Origin: Caecitellus pseudoparvulus
Taxonomy: Eukaryota > Protista > Bigyra: Bicosoecida
NCBI GenBank assembly: GCA_965644315.1
Contig: CBFFRQ010000048.1
Location: forward strand, 97,252 to 161,251
Direction: 5' to 3'
Length of the DNA stretch: 64,000 bases
Below the pieces are notes generated by a model. It saw only the letters and a program-made list of their open reading frames with translations. It had not been told where the DNA came from and did no database searches. Within the stretch, counting starts at the first letter, position 1, and each line of letters opens with the position of its first letter. Of this stretch, positions 53,367 through 63,471 are shown piece by piece. The translations under genes and the position numbers were made by a program.

Positions 53367-55218
53367 ATGGAAGTGTGGGCTGGGCGCGCCACCGTGCGCT
53401 CGCCGCGACACGCCAATGAAGACCGCTGTGCGGTGTGGAGCGCCGTGGACCAGGACATGGCTGGCGCCCTGCCGCGTCACACCGCCCTGTACATGTGCGT
53501 GCGGCGTGGTGCTCCAACTTCCGCACTGGCTTCCCTTGCACGCCCGCCTTGCCCCTGCGCTGCCCAGGGTCGCCGACGGGCACGCAGGGCCGCAGTGCTC
53601 CTCCTGGCTGGGACATAACCTTCACAAGGTGCTCGTGGACGCAGCTCTGCCCTTCTTGGCGTCAGGCGCGCCCTCTGACTTGGCCGTCGCTGCACACTGC
53701 CTGGTGGCCGAGGCGGAGGCACGGTGGGCCCAGACCGCCCAGGCACCCCCCTGCACTGCCGGCGCGTGCCTGACTGCCGTCGTACGGCAGGGCAGCACAC
53801 TGGCCATTGCCAACGTCGGTGACTGCCGTGCTGCGCTGTTGACTCCAGACGGCCGCGTTGCGCAGGTGACGCCCGACCACCGCGCAGACGACCCCGCTGA
53901 GATGAAGCGCATCGCGGCGGCAGGCGGCAAGGTCAAGGATGGCTATCTCAACGGCATGTTGCAGCCCAGCCGCACCATCGGTGACTGTGACGAGAAGCAC
54001 GGGCCAAGGCCAGGCCTCATCGCGCGGCCGCACGTGTTGGCGTTGCCAGTGGTTGCCGGGGCATCGCTGCCAGAGGCCAAGGCGGCCATGAGCAAGGCTG
54101 AGAAAGCCGCCCTGCGCAAACAAGTGCAGTTCTTTCGCTCCTCTGCGGCAGGGGCAGCTGCAGGGGGCGGCAAGGGTGGGCGTGGCAAGCGAGGCAAGCG
54201 TGGCAAGGCCAAGGGCGGCAGTGCTGCAGTCATCACATCTGCTGGGTCTGAGGCAACCCTGCTGGGGTCTCCGACACTGCCCCCTGCACCTGAAATGCCA
54301 CAGCCTCCCACTGAAACCGTGCAGCCGCCCGCCATGCTGCTTCCGCCTGCAGCGCCGACGACGCCTGCGTCGGCCGAAACGCAGGAGGACGCCTCTGAAA
54401 CGCCGCCGCCTGGCAAGCCCGCAGGCAAGCGCAGGCGCCGCAGGAAACGCAGCAAGGGGAAGCAAGCACAGAAGCCCGCCGGTTCACCCCCCCCTGAGAC
54501 CCCCACCTCTCCCACCTCGCCTCTGGAAGGGCTTGACGCGGCCACTGCACAGGCCATTGCTGCTGCCTACCAGGAGCTGAACGGCGCGAGTCTGCCGGGA
54601 CAGACAGGCGCCAGCGCTGGAGACGAAGACGACGGCTGGACCACAGTGAAGGCTGGTCAAGGCGTTTCTGCTTCCATTGCTGCTGCTGCGGCTGCGGGTG
54701 GTGGCGGTGGGGGGGGGGCGGTGTTGGCCCCCTCGCCGCTGCTCAGGGCAACGCGAGGTGGCGGCGGCGGCGGCGGACCCCTGCCCACCGCAGAGGTGGA
54801 TGACAGGGGTAGTGGCAGGCAGTACCCCCCTGCACCCCCCTTCTCCCCCCTCGCATCCCCCACACCCCCCCCTCCGGCGCCACGCTCGCCAGGCGCAGGC
54901 TTGGCCAAGAGGGGAAGGATCGAGCCTGGGCCCACAGTGGCGGACGAGCTGCCGCCGCGCGAAGCCCCCGACACCACTCCCGAGCTGCACTTCGACACGT
55001 GTCTGTGGAAGGTGCCCCCCGTCAGTGTCCTGGTGGTGGCCTCGGACGGTGTGTGGGATGCGCTCACCTGCCAGCAAGCCGTCACCATCGCCGCTGCGAC
55101 GCTGCTCAGCTCTGGCTCGCCAGAGGCGGCGGCACGGCAGGTGGTGGGCACTGCCCGGGCTCGAGGCAGCACTGACGACATCACAGCCCTGGTGCTGTGG
55201 TTCGTGGGCAGCTCTTGA
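53367..55218 (+). CDS. PP2C (PPM) protein phosphatase with a large internal insertion; intron 53495-53567
   Basis: RHANEDR, LYM|VADGHAG, IANVGDCRA, DH...EMKRIAAAGG, SRTIGD, VVASDGVWD, GSTDDIT. Confidence 0.85.
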
Positions 55219-55435
55219 CGCCAGACACTCCACAAATGAGCAAGGGAGGCTCGGGCCTGCCACAAGCAAGCCCTGCGCAACAAAATCCCCTGCCGAAATT
55301 CACGACGCACTGCGTGAATGCCTCCCCCATCCAGCACCCCAGACAAGTACGCGCTGTGGCCACGGTGCCCCGCTCTCGCCCGGCGCCAACAGCGAGCCGA
55401 GATCGCGCCAGCTCCAAAGTCCGCACGAGCACAGC

Positions 55436-56414
55436 ATGGCAGACTACGACGACGAGGAGGTGGGCGCGCCTTACGAGTGGCAGTCCCTGGACGTTGCTGC
55501 AGAGGAGGAGGCCCCCACTGAGAAGTACATCAAGGCCCCTGGCCGGTGCGTGGGCGCGATGCCAGCGTTTCACCTGCGCAGAGCGAAACGCTGGCGCCGC
55601 ACGCACCTCACAGTGCGACCGTGACGTACCCAAACAAGGACACCTTCACTGGCTCCTTCAACGACAACAAGGACAAGCATGGCCAAGGTGTCTACACCTG
55701 GTCCACTGAGCCTGGGAGCAACCCTTGGGGCCCTGAGGCTGAGGAGGAGGGCGAGGAAGGCGCTGCAGCCTGGCCTGGTGAGCTCGCCGCTGCCCCGCTG
55801 GCCCCCTGCGTCGGTGCACGCCACCCCTGCCCTGCACAGCTGAGCGCATCGTGCGGTACGAGGGAGACTACACAGAGGGCAAGCGTGAGGGCGTGGGGAA
55901 GATCTCCCTGCCCAACGGCGACAAGTACCACGGCCAGTGGCGCGCAGACAAGTTCCACGGCGAGGGCACCTACTTCTACGCCAACGGAGACATTTACAGG
56001 TGCGCTGCGCGTGCACCGCGCTGTGCACTTGGCCGCCACGTGTCGCGCCTGCCCCCCTTTCGCAGTGGCATGTGGGCGGAGGGCAAGAAGAGCGGCGAGG
56101 GCGCGTTTGTCTTCGCCAAAGACCGCTCCCAGCTGGTGGGGCAGTGGGAGGACAACGCCATCAAGGCTGGCCAGTGGCTGTGGAAGGACGGCACGTCCTG
56201 GCATGGCAGCTTCAAGAACAACAAGCCCATCGGGCGGGGCGTGTTCTACTTCCCCAACGGCAACCAGCAAACCGGCTCCTACGTGGAGGAGGGCGACCCG
56301 GAAGACGAGGAGACGGAGCTGAAGCTCGTGTGGAGGGTGGAGGCCACTCTGCCAGCAACTGTGGCAGCGTCGGAGCTGTCCCGGGCCCCCCCAGCCTCCT
56401 CCACGCACAAGTAG
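55436..56414 (+). CDS. MORN-repeat protein, radial spoke head 1 (RSPH1)-like; introns 55546-55613, 55778-55839, 56000-56065
   Basis: Tandem MORN repeats YEGDYTEGKREGVGK, YHGQWRADKFHGEGTY, YSGMWAEGKKSGEG; ends GNQQTGSYVEE. Confidence 0.75.
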
Positions 56415-56646
56415 AGGTGGGCGGTGCAAATGCAGCTAGTTGTGTCGGCGGAGCAGCGCGCAACTCGAAAGTGCATCATTCACGCACCTGAAATTAGTCG
56501 CCGCCCACACCTTCCCTGCCCCACCGCCCGTTCACCACTTACCCACTGCCCCCAACACCTGCTCACCCTCGAGGATTTGTTTTGCACAGCCTTTGGTCGC
56601 TGCGCTGTTCCAGTGTTCAGCTGAGACATTGCAGACAGTATCAAAG

Positions 56647-57363
56647 ATGGTGAGTTTCTTGCACGTCGGGCGCCGAGAGTTCCCAGGGGCTTGGCGCAGC
56701 GCCATGGGCCAGCTGGCGGTCGGCGTGGGCCTCCATTGAGTGGCAGTGTGCCGTGTAGCTTCCCTTGCTCCTGTAGTGGCTGTCGGTGCACGCGGCTGGC
56801 TGCTGCAGCCAGCCGAGGGCGGCAGGGGCAGCGGAATTTGCTGCCGCCTGCAGTTCCTGTTGCTGGCCGCAGCACTGCCGCCCAGAGCGATGTGTCATGA
56901 CTGGCACGGCATCGGTGGAATGTTTTTGCCTTGTGGGGCGCTGCTTGTGCCTGTGCCCTGGATTCCAGGACGCACCTCGAGTCTTGTGCTGAGCTGGCCA
57001 GTCTGGCCTGGCCTGCCCCCCCCCCCCGTCAACCCCTTTCACGTGCTCCGTCCCGCCCCCAACCCACAGGTGGCCGTGCCCAAGACCCGCAACACCTTCT
57101 GCCCTTCTCGCAAGTGCCGCAAGCACACTGCGCACAAGGTGACCCAGTACAAGGCTGGCAAGGCCTCTCTGTACGCCCAGGGTAAGCGCCGCTACGACGA
57201 GAAGCAGTCCGGCTTCGGTGGCCAGACCAAGCCCGTGTTCCACAAGAACGCCAAGACCACCAAGAAGATCACACTGCGCCTGGAGTGCAAGGAGTGCAGC
57301 TACCGATCTCAGCTGTGCCTGAAGCGCTGCAAGAAGTTCGAGCTGGGCCGCAAGAAGGTCTAA
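56647..57363 (+). CDS. RPL44: 60S ribosomal protein eL42 (L44/L36a); ATG-only first coding exon, intron 56650-57069
   Basis: M|[11 protein letters not shown]...[37 protein letters not shown]...LRLECKEC...[10 protein letters not shown]. Confidence 0.95.
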
Positions 57364-57802
57364 GCTTGCCGCGAGTGAATCACAGGCCTGCAGTGGCAGC
57401 ACCATGCTTAGTGGCGTTGGCTGCTGTGGGTGGGGCACTTGGTACCTGGGCTTGGCCTTTGCATGCAGTGGCAGGCCTTGGAACTGAAATGCAGAGCGGA
57501 GGGTTTCGTCACTCCCCTCGCCCTCGTGCACCTGCTTGGCGTGAAGCGCACTTGGCAGTTGACCGCACAAGTAAATTGGTTTGTGACAATCTGAGGGATG
57601 GCCTGGCAATGAGCTCAGAGCTCCTGCACAGGGAGCTGTGGTGGGAGCGAGCCGTCAGCAAGCCACTTGCGGAACTTGCTCCACAGACGATCCACTCCCT
57701 TAGCACGAGTGCCTGCTGTGAGAAGCACGTCGGAGGAGTTCGCGCTCAGTCCAGCTTAGATTCAGGGCCTGCCCCCTGCTGGCATCACCCTCTGGCAGCA
57801 GC

Positions 57803-59593
57803 ATGTCCACCAAGCGACCAGCTGAAGGCCCTCCCCTGGCCGGCGAGGAAGGCAGTGGCGCCGGCCAGCATGAGGCAAAGCGCCGGCGCACACGCTTCAG
57901 CTCGACAGAAGCACCTGCTCCTGTGCCTGCAGCTAGTTCACTAGACCCTGCTGCGCTGGTGGCTCGTGCCCGTGCCGCAGCCGCTGCCATTGCAGCGAAG
58001 CAGGCAGCAGCCAACCCCACCGTGGCTCCAGCCGTTGCCGAGGCTGCACGCCGTGCCGCTCTGGTGCGCAGCCAGGCCGGCCCCAGCTCTCGACAGACAG
58101 CAGTGGTGCGCATGGACGCAGATGGCAACCTCGTGGATGCCTCGGGCAAGCGCATCGAGGCCAAGGCGCCTGCCAAGACGGCCAAGGCCAACAAACCCAA
58201 CCCATACCTACCTACCGCCGCCGCCTCTGCGCCTGCTGCTGCACCAGCGCCCAAAGACTCGGAAGTGCCCACCCCTGCCCCCCTGTCCCGACGCCGCCGC
58301 CGGGCTGCTCGTGCGTTGAATTTCGACTCTGCCGCGGGGCGGTACGTCCAGCGCGTCACGGCGCTGGCAGAGGCGGCAGAGAGCGCCCAGAAGGCCCCTG
58401 AGGCAGTCGTGGAGGGGCCCCGCGGGGAAGACACCGCACAGCAGCCTGCTGCAGCAGGCATCGTTGTGGGCGCAGCGGCGTCTGCGCCGGTGTACGGCTC
58501 TGGACCCCTGCTGCCGCCCCGCCCAGAGCTGGCCAGTGTGCCGGACATGGAGTGGTGGGATGTCGGTCTGCTCCCTGCCAAGACACGCAAGGCCCGGGCT
58601 GCCTCCCAGGCCGCGGCAGCTGCCGGGCGCGGCGTGCTGCGCAGCACCAACTCGTACGACGAGCTGGCGACGCGACACGCCAAGGCCCACGCATACGTGG
58701 AGCACCCGGTACCCGTGTCCGGCATCGGGGCCGGCACGGGGTCCAGCACCATGGAGGTCATCCCCCTCAAGAAGGAGCGCAAGCGGGAGCGGCGCCACCG
58801 GCGTGCGGAGCGCCTGCAGCAGCAGCGTGACGAAGTAGTGGCAGGGCTGCGGCCGCCGCCCGAGCCCAAGGTCAAGATCTCCAACATGATGCGTGTGCTG
58901 GGGGAGGCGGCGGTGATGGACCCCTCCGCCATCGAGCGCAAGGTGCGGGAGGCCATGGCGCAGCGGGAAGCCAACCACAACGCACGAAACGCAGCACGGA
59001 AACTGACGCCTGCCGAGCGCCGAGCCAAGCACGCGGCCAAGATGACAGAGGACGTGGCTGGCACAGGCGGCGTGCATGCGGTGCTGTTCGCAGTGCGAGA
59101 CTTGACGGACCGGCGGCAGCGGTACAAGGTGAACATCAACGCGCGCCAGCTGCATTTGAAGGGCGTCGTGCTGCGCTGTGAGGCTGTGGAGATGAACGTG
59201 GTGCTCATGGAGGGGGGCCTGCGTGCCATTGGCAAGTACAAGAAGCTCATGACGCGGCGCATCGACTGGAACCGCGTCGTGGAAGAGGAGGAGGACGAGG
59301 AGGTTGCGGAGGAGGGAGGCGGTGGCGGCGAGGAGGAGGAGGAGGGGGGGTGGCAGGCAGAGGAGGGGGGGGGTGAGGGGGCGCCGGATGCCCCGCCCGG
59401 AGCTGCTCTGCGCGGGGAGAATGCGTGTGTTCTGGTGTGGGAGGGCGTCGTGCCTCGAGCGCGTTTCGCAGCCCTGCGCTTCGAGGAGTGCTACACGGCG
59501 CAGGGCGCTCGGCGCCTGCTGGCGCGTTTCGGCTGTGCGCCGTACTGGGACAGCGCAGTGGCTGCTGCCCCGTGGGCAAAGGCAATGCATTGA
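57803..59593 (+). CDS. PRPF3: U4/U6 snRNP protein Prp3
   Basis: VPDMEWWD, YVEHPVP, GLRPPPEPKVKISNMMRVLG, DPSAIERKVR, RNAARKLTPAERRAK, YKVNINARQLHLKG, KYKKLMTRRIDW, CVLVWEG. Confidence 0.93.
   Translation: MSTKRPAEGPPLAGEEGSGAGQHEAKRRRTRFSSTEAPAPVPAASSLDPAALVARARAAAAAIAAKQAAANPTVAPAVAEAARRAALVRSQAGPSSRQTAVVRMDADGNLVDASGKRIEAKAPAKTAKANKPNPYLPTAAASAPAAAPAPKDSEVPTPAPLSRRRRRAARALNFDSAAGRYVQRVTALAEAAESAQKAPEAVVEGPRGEDTAQQPAAAGIVVGAAASAPVYGSGPLLPPRPELASVPDMEWWDVGLLPAKTRKARAASQAAAAAGRGVLRSTNSYDELATRHAKAHAYVEHPVPVSGIGAGTGSSTMEVIPLKKERKRERRHRRAERLQQQRDEVVAGLRPPPEPKVKISNMMRVLGEAAVMDPSAIERKVREAMAQREANHNARNAARKLTPAERRAKHAAKMTEDVAGTGGVHAVLFAVRDLTDRRQRYKVNINARQLHLKGVVLRCEAVEMNVVLMEGGLRAIGKYKKLMTRRIDWNRVVEEEEDEEVAEEGGGGGEEEEEGGWQAEEGGGEGAPDAPPGAALRGENACVLVWEGVVPRARFAALRFEECYTAQGARRLLARFGCAPYWDSAVAAAPWAKAMH
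59584..59591. terminator. Putative bidirectional 3'-end signal AATGCATT
   Basis: Overlaps the last PRPF3 codons and lies ~10 nt past the stop of the convergent FHA-RING-PHD gene. Confidence 0.5.
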
Positions 59594-59600
59594 GCGGCGC

Positions 59601-61259
59601 TCAGCCGCGGCAGTCTGCGCTGCCTTGGCTGCTGCCCTGAGAAAAGTACTTGCTGCGCAGGCCGCCCCCCCTGGCTTGCCGTGGCTTTGAAGCACCTCGG
59701 CGTCCTGCTCCACGTGACACCTGCGACAGCCCGAAGGGGTGCTCAGCCATGGATGCCAGCCGAGGGGGGGGTCTACGAGCACGGGGAGAGGGGGGTGCTC
59801 CGCCTGCTGCAGCGGCTGCAGGCTGGACAGCCCGGAGTCGGCTGCGTCGGCGTCGACGCTTGCGACCGCCAGTGCGACCTCCGATGCGACGTGGCGCTCC
59901 AGACACCTCGTCGTCTGAGCCAGAGCTCACCATGACCGTGCCCAGGTCCAGCAGCGCACCAGAGGGCAAGGACACGTCTGCCTCAGGGTCGGCTTGCGCC
60001 AGCTCGTCGTGCTGGGACTGCACGTCGTCCCAAATCACCACGTCGTCGTCGACGACGAACTGGAAGCCGTCCTCGTGCACTCGAGGGGCGTCTGGGGACC
60101 CCGGCGGGGTGCGCAGTCCATCTGACAGCACGATGGGCCCATTGGAGGAGGCAGGCGACGTGACCAAGTGTATGGGGCTGGAATGCACGGCGCCGCCACG
60201 ACGCCCGTAGCCCAGCCTCGCCAGGGCCCGCTGTGGCGAGCCTACAGACGGCAGGCAGCGGGGGCAGAGCCAGTCGCCAGGGGGCACTGCATCCAGCCCC
60301 ACGCAAGTGGTGTGCCACGGCGCATCACAGGCATCGCACAGCAGCATGATGTGCTCTCGCCCCCCCTGCCCACACCCCTCGCAGACGGTAGCTTCAACCT
60401 CCCCGCCACTGCCGCCGCCAGCCAGGGCCCCGTCGTCGTCGTTGTGAATGCGCTGCCGGCGGGGTGAGACGCCCAGCCGACCCAGGCAGTGGCCGCGCTG
60501 TGACATGCGCAGGATGAAGGTGAAGGCTGCCTTGCACAGGGGGCATGTGGTGGCCACGCCAGCCCAAGTCTGGATGCAGGCCAGGCAGAAGGAGTGCCCG
60601 CAAGGCAGACGGCCCACCTCGGCCTGCGGCACCTCTGTGCAGATAACGCAAGGTTCCTTGCAGGCCTGCTGGGGGGCCGGTGTGCCGTTGGCCGATGTAG
60701 CACAGGCGCTTTGGCGCTTGGGCGGGTGGGCGGACGCTGCCGCAGAGCTGCAGGGCAAGCTTGGAGACACCAAATCCACCACTTCTGCATCCCCAAGCGC
60801 TCCACAGCTTGGAGTGACCAACGAGGGGGCGACTGGTGCGGGGTCAGAGGCACTGCGCATGATGTGAAGTCGGCCGGGCGGCCCCGCGGCCGCCTGAGCG
60901 ACACGCGGTGTCGCTGACCCTGCGGAACTTGGACAGCTCACGCCCTTCTCTGACTCTTGCTCCACCGAGAACCAAGGCTCCGACAGCCCACTCAGCATCA
61001 TGACCTTATCCCCTTCACAGATTTCCGTGCTGCAGCCCCGCTTAAGTTGCACACACTCCCCTGTGGCTCCACGCAGAATGGAGAGAGCGTTGCCGCCCGT
61101 TGCAGTGATGAGCACGCCCCCACCGGCCTTTCGCTGCACCAGCGCGTGCTTGCGAGACACTTGCAGGTGCCGAATGTTCCACTCGGGGCACCTCCCTACG
61201 CTCACACTCCCCTCCACCTTGACGCACCGCCCAGAGGGGTGCTGCCGCAACAGCCACAT
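59601..61259 (-). CDS. FHA + RING + PHD protein (putative E3 ligase / chromatin reader)
   Basis: VGRCPEWNIRHLQVSRKHA...GGNA (PNKP/aprataxin-type FHA); CVIC...CGHSFCLACIQTW...CPLCK (RING-HC); CEGC...MLLCDACDAPWHTTCVGL...WLCPRC (PHD). Confidence 0.82.
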   Translation of the reverse strand: MWLLRQHPSGRCVKVEGSVSVGRCPEWNIRHLQVSRKHALVQRKAGGGVLITATGGNALSILRGATGECVQLKRGCSTEICEGDKVMMLSGLSEPWFSVEQESEKGVSCPSSAGSATPRVAQAAAGPPGRLHIMRSASDPAPVAPSLVTPSCGALGDAEVVDLVSPSLPCSSAAASAHPPKRQSACATSANGTPAPQQACKEPCVICTEVPQAEVGRLPCGHSFCLACIQTWAGVATTCPLCKAAFTFILRMSQRGHCLGRLGVSPRRQRIHNDDDGALAGGGSGGEVEATVCEGCGQGGREHIMLLCDACDAPWHTTCVGLDAVPPGDWLCPRCLPSVGSPQRALARLGYGRRGGAVHSSPIHLVTSPASSNGPIVLSDGLRTPPGSPDAPRVHEDGFQFVVDDDVVIWDDVQSQHDELAQADPEADVSLPSGALLDLGTVMVSSGSDDEVSGAPRRIGGRTGGRKRRRRRSRLRAVQPAAAAAGGAPPSPRARRPPPRLASMAEHPFGLSQVSRGAGRRGASKPRQARGGGLRSKYFSQGSSQGSADCRG

Positions 61260-61504
61260 GCCCAAACGCCTGCCTGCTCTCCCCACGCAAGCCCCCAAAC
61301 GCACCCAGGCGCGTGGCTTTCAGAAAACCGGAGAAGGCTGTAGGTGGATGAAAGTGGCTGTATATTCCATTTTACTGCCACCTGCACGGGGGGTGACTTT
61401 CAAGTGATGGGGCACCTGCAGAGTGCCTGCCTGAAACTTAGCCAAACACACCCTGGCCTGCAGTCCGACCCACATGCCACATCAGCCCAACAAACCCCCC
61501 ACCA

Positions 61505-62386
61505 TCACCGCCCTGCGCCTGCCCGCAGAAGCACGACACACGCTCGCCCACGTCGTGTGCTGGTGCCGGCCCACACAGCATCCTTGGCCGGCTGCACCAC
61601 CACTTGCCCAGCGGCAAGTCTGGCCTGGAGGGGAATGGCTCGGTGTCCAGTGAGGCCCAGCAGCTCACGCAGAACACCGATGTGTCTTCTTTCGCAGGCC
61701 ACTCGAAAGCTAGCTTCAGGCTGCCCCTCTGGTCCAGCATGCACGTCCACTTCACGATGCCCGTTCAGCGCCAGGAGCTCGCGGACCACATCTGCATGCC
61801 CATTTGCACAAGTGAAAAAGAAGCCAGCTTCATGGTTCTTATGCACATCCACCGCTCGCTCTCCCGTCAGAGCCAGCAGCTCACGCACCACAAGAACTCT
61901 GCCAGCTCTGCATGCCTCCCGAAAGGCGAAACCCCCCCTGGCATCCGCGTCCACCTCACGATCCCCGCGAAGCGCAAGTAGCTCACGCACCATATCAATT
62001 AGCCCGTTTCGGCACACCCAGCGGAAGGCATACTCACCCACTGCATGCACATTCACCTTGCGTTGTCCGCTCAGCGCCAGCAGTTCCCGCACCACATCCA
62101 CGTGACCATTCACACAGGCGAAACGGAAAGCGTACTCCTCTTCGGCGTGCACATCCACAGCAAGGTCTCCCTCCAACGCCAACAACACACGCAGCAATCG
62201 AACATGCCCTGTCTTGCAAGCTAAGAAAAAACCAGCCGTTGTCTCTTCGCTTGACAAACCTCCCAGCCTCCCACCCTCACCACCCCCTAACTCCTCCAGC
62301 ATGCTCTTCAGCATATCTGCCTGACCACCATCACATGCAGCCTTCCAACGCCCCCTCACTGACTGCGAAATGTCTCCGTCCGCCAT
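61505..62386 (-). CDS. Modular ankyrin-repeat protein B3 (type-B N-cap, 5 repeats, constant tail)
   Basis: MADGDISQSVRGRWKAACDGGQAD...; mostly short 34-aa repeat form; tail AIPLQARLAAGQVVVQPAKDAVWAGTSTRRGRACVVLLRAGAGR. Confidence 0.85.
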   Translation of the reverse strand: MADGDISQSVRGRWKAACDGGQADMLKSMLEELGGGEGGRLGGLSSEETTAGFFLACKTGHVRLLRVLLALEGDLAVDVHAEEEYAFRFACVNGHVDVVRELLALSGQRKVNVHAVGEYAFRWVCRNGLIDMVRELLALRGDREVDADARGGFAFREACRAGRVLVVRELLALTGERAVDVHKNHEAGFFFTCANGHADVVRELLALNGHREVDVHAGPEGQPEASFRVACERRHIGVLRELLGLTGHRAIPLQARLAAGQVVVQPAKDAVWAGTSTRRGRACVVLLRAGAGR

Positions 62387-62607
62387 GGCGTTGTGGATCC
62401 AGTTTCCGCAAACACTCCCCACCACTTCTCACCACACGGGGCGATCCCACGACAAGCTTGCTTGCATCCAGTTGCCCCTAATATCACATTCGTTGCTGTT
62501 CTGCAGATGTCCACTGTTTGACTCGCCCTACCAGATGTGTTGCATTTCCTCGCCAGGAGCATCATGCTCACCCCCCCCCTTGCCGAAACCAGCCCAAACT
62601 GCGTTCA

Positions 62608-63471
62608 TCACCACCACTGCCACTGCCATTCCCCAGGCCGTGTTGCAGGCCCAAGTTGCCGTCGTGTACCTGCCCGTAGCAGAAGCATGGCCTTGCGCCC
62701 ATGCCGGGTGCTGGTGCCGGCCCACACAGCATCCTTGGTTAGTAGCTCAGCCACTTCGCCAGCGTCCAGCCGTGCCTGAAGGGGAATGGCTCGATGCCCA
62801 GTGAGGCCCAGCAGCTCACGTAGCACACCAGCATGCCCCTTTGTACATGCAATCTGGAAGCCATCACCAGGCTCATCTTCGCCCCTAGCGTGCACATCCA
62901 CTTCGCGATGCCCAGTCAGAGCAAGCAGCACGCGGACCACATCGACATGACCATGCTCACAGGCAAGCCGGAAGCCAGCCTCAGGCCCGCCCTCAGGCCC
63001 CACATGCACGTCCACCTCCCGGTCGCCTGTCAGCGCCAGCAGCTCACGGACCACGCCCACGTGCCCATTCGCACAAGCAACCCAAAAGCAGGCCTCGGGA
63101 ACGCCCCTGTACGCCGCATGCACATCCATTTCTCGATCTCCCGTCAGCGCCAGGAGTTCGCGCAGAACATCAACATGACCGTTTTCACAAGCAAGTCGGA
63201 GGCAGGCCTCAGGCCCATGCTGATCTTCACAATGCACATTCACAGCAGCCCTCCCCTTCAGCTCCAACAGCTCACGCAGCTCGTTTACATGCCCTTCCCT
63301 GCACGCTACCAAGAAGCCAGCCGATGTGAGTTCGCTTGACATGTTTTCCATCCCCACACCCATAGCACACCCGCACCAATCCAGCATGCCCAACAGTGTA
63401 TCTGTCTGATCAGATGCACTCATGATCCGAGTGCGCCCCACAACTAGCTCTGTACTGCTCGCAGCCCCCAT
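62608..63471 (-). CDS. Modular ankyrin-repeat protein A2 (type-A N-cap, 4 repeats, tail extended by 16 aa)
   Basis: Collinear paralog of 26731-27546; the family TGA after RAGxxR is replaced by CAA. Confidence 0.85.
   Translation of the reverse strand: MGAASSTELVVGRTRIMSASDQTDTLLGMLDWCGCAMGVGMENMSSELTSAGFLVACREGHVNELRELLELKGRAAVNVHCEDQHGPEACLRLACENGHVDVLRELLALTGDREMDVHAAYRGVPEACFWVACANGHVGVVRELLALTGDREVDVHVGPEGGPEAGFRLACEHGHVDVVRVLLALTGHREVDVHARGEDEPGDGFQIACTKGHAGVLRELLGLTGHRAIPLQARLDAGEVAELLTKDAVWAGTSTRHGRKAMLLLRAGTRRQLGPATRPGEWQWQWW

Noticed and set aside
24103-56414. Functional cluster of ciliary genes (DNAAF11, CFAP57, centrin, RSPH1-like)
   Set aside because: They are interspersed with unrelated genes over 32 kb, which is unremarkable in a compact flagellate genome.
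57190-57260. Cycloheximide-resistance allele of eL42
   Set aside because: GQTKPVFHK retains the Pro; the known resistance change is Pro56Gln.
57700-59782. Long antisense ORFs (57700-59262, 58208-59782, and similarly 23800-25710, 35731-37356, 1393-2406)
   Set aside because: Expected shadows of GC3-rich genes; no motifs and atypical composition.
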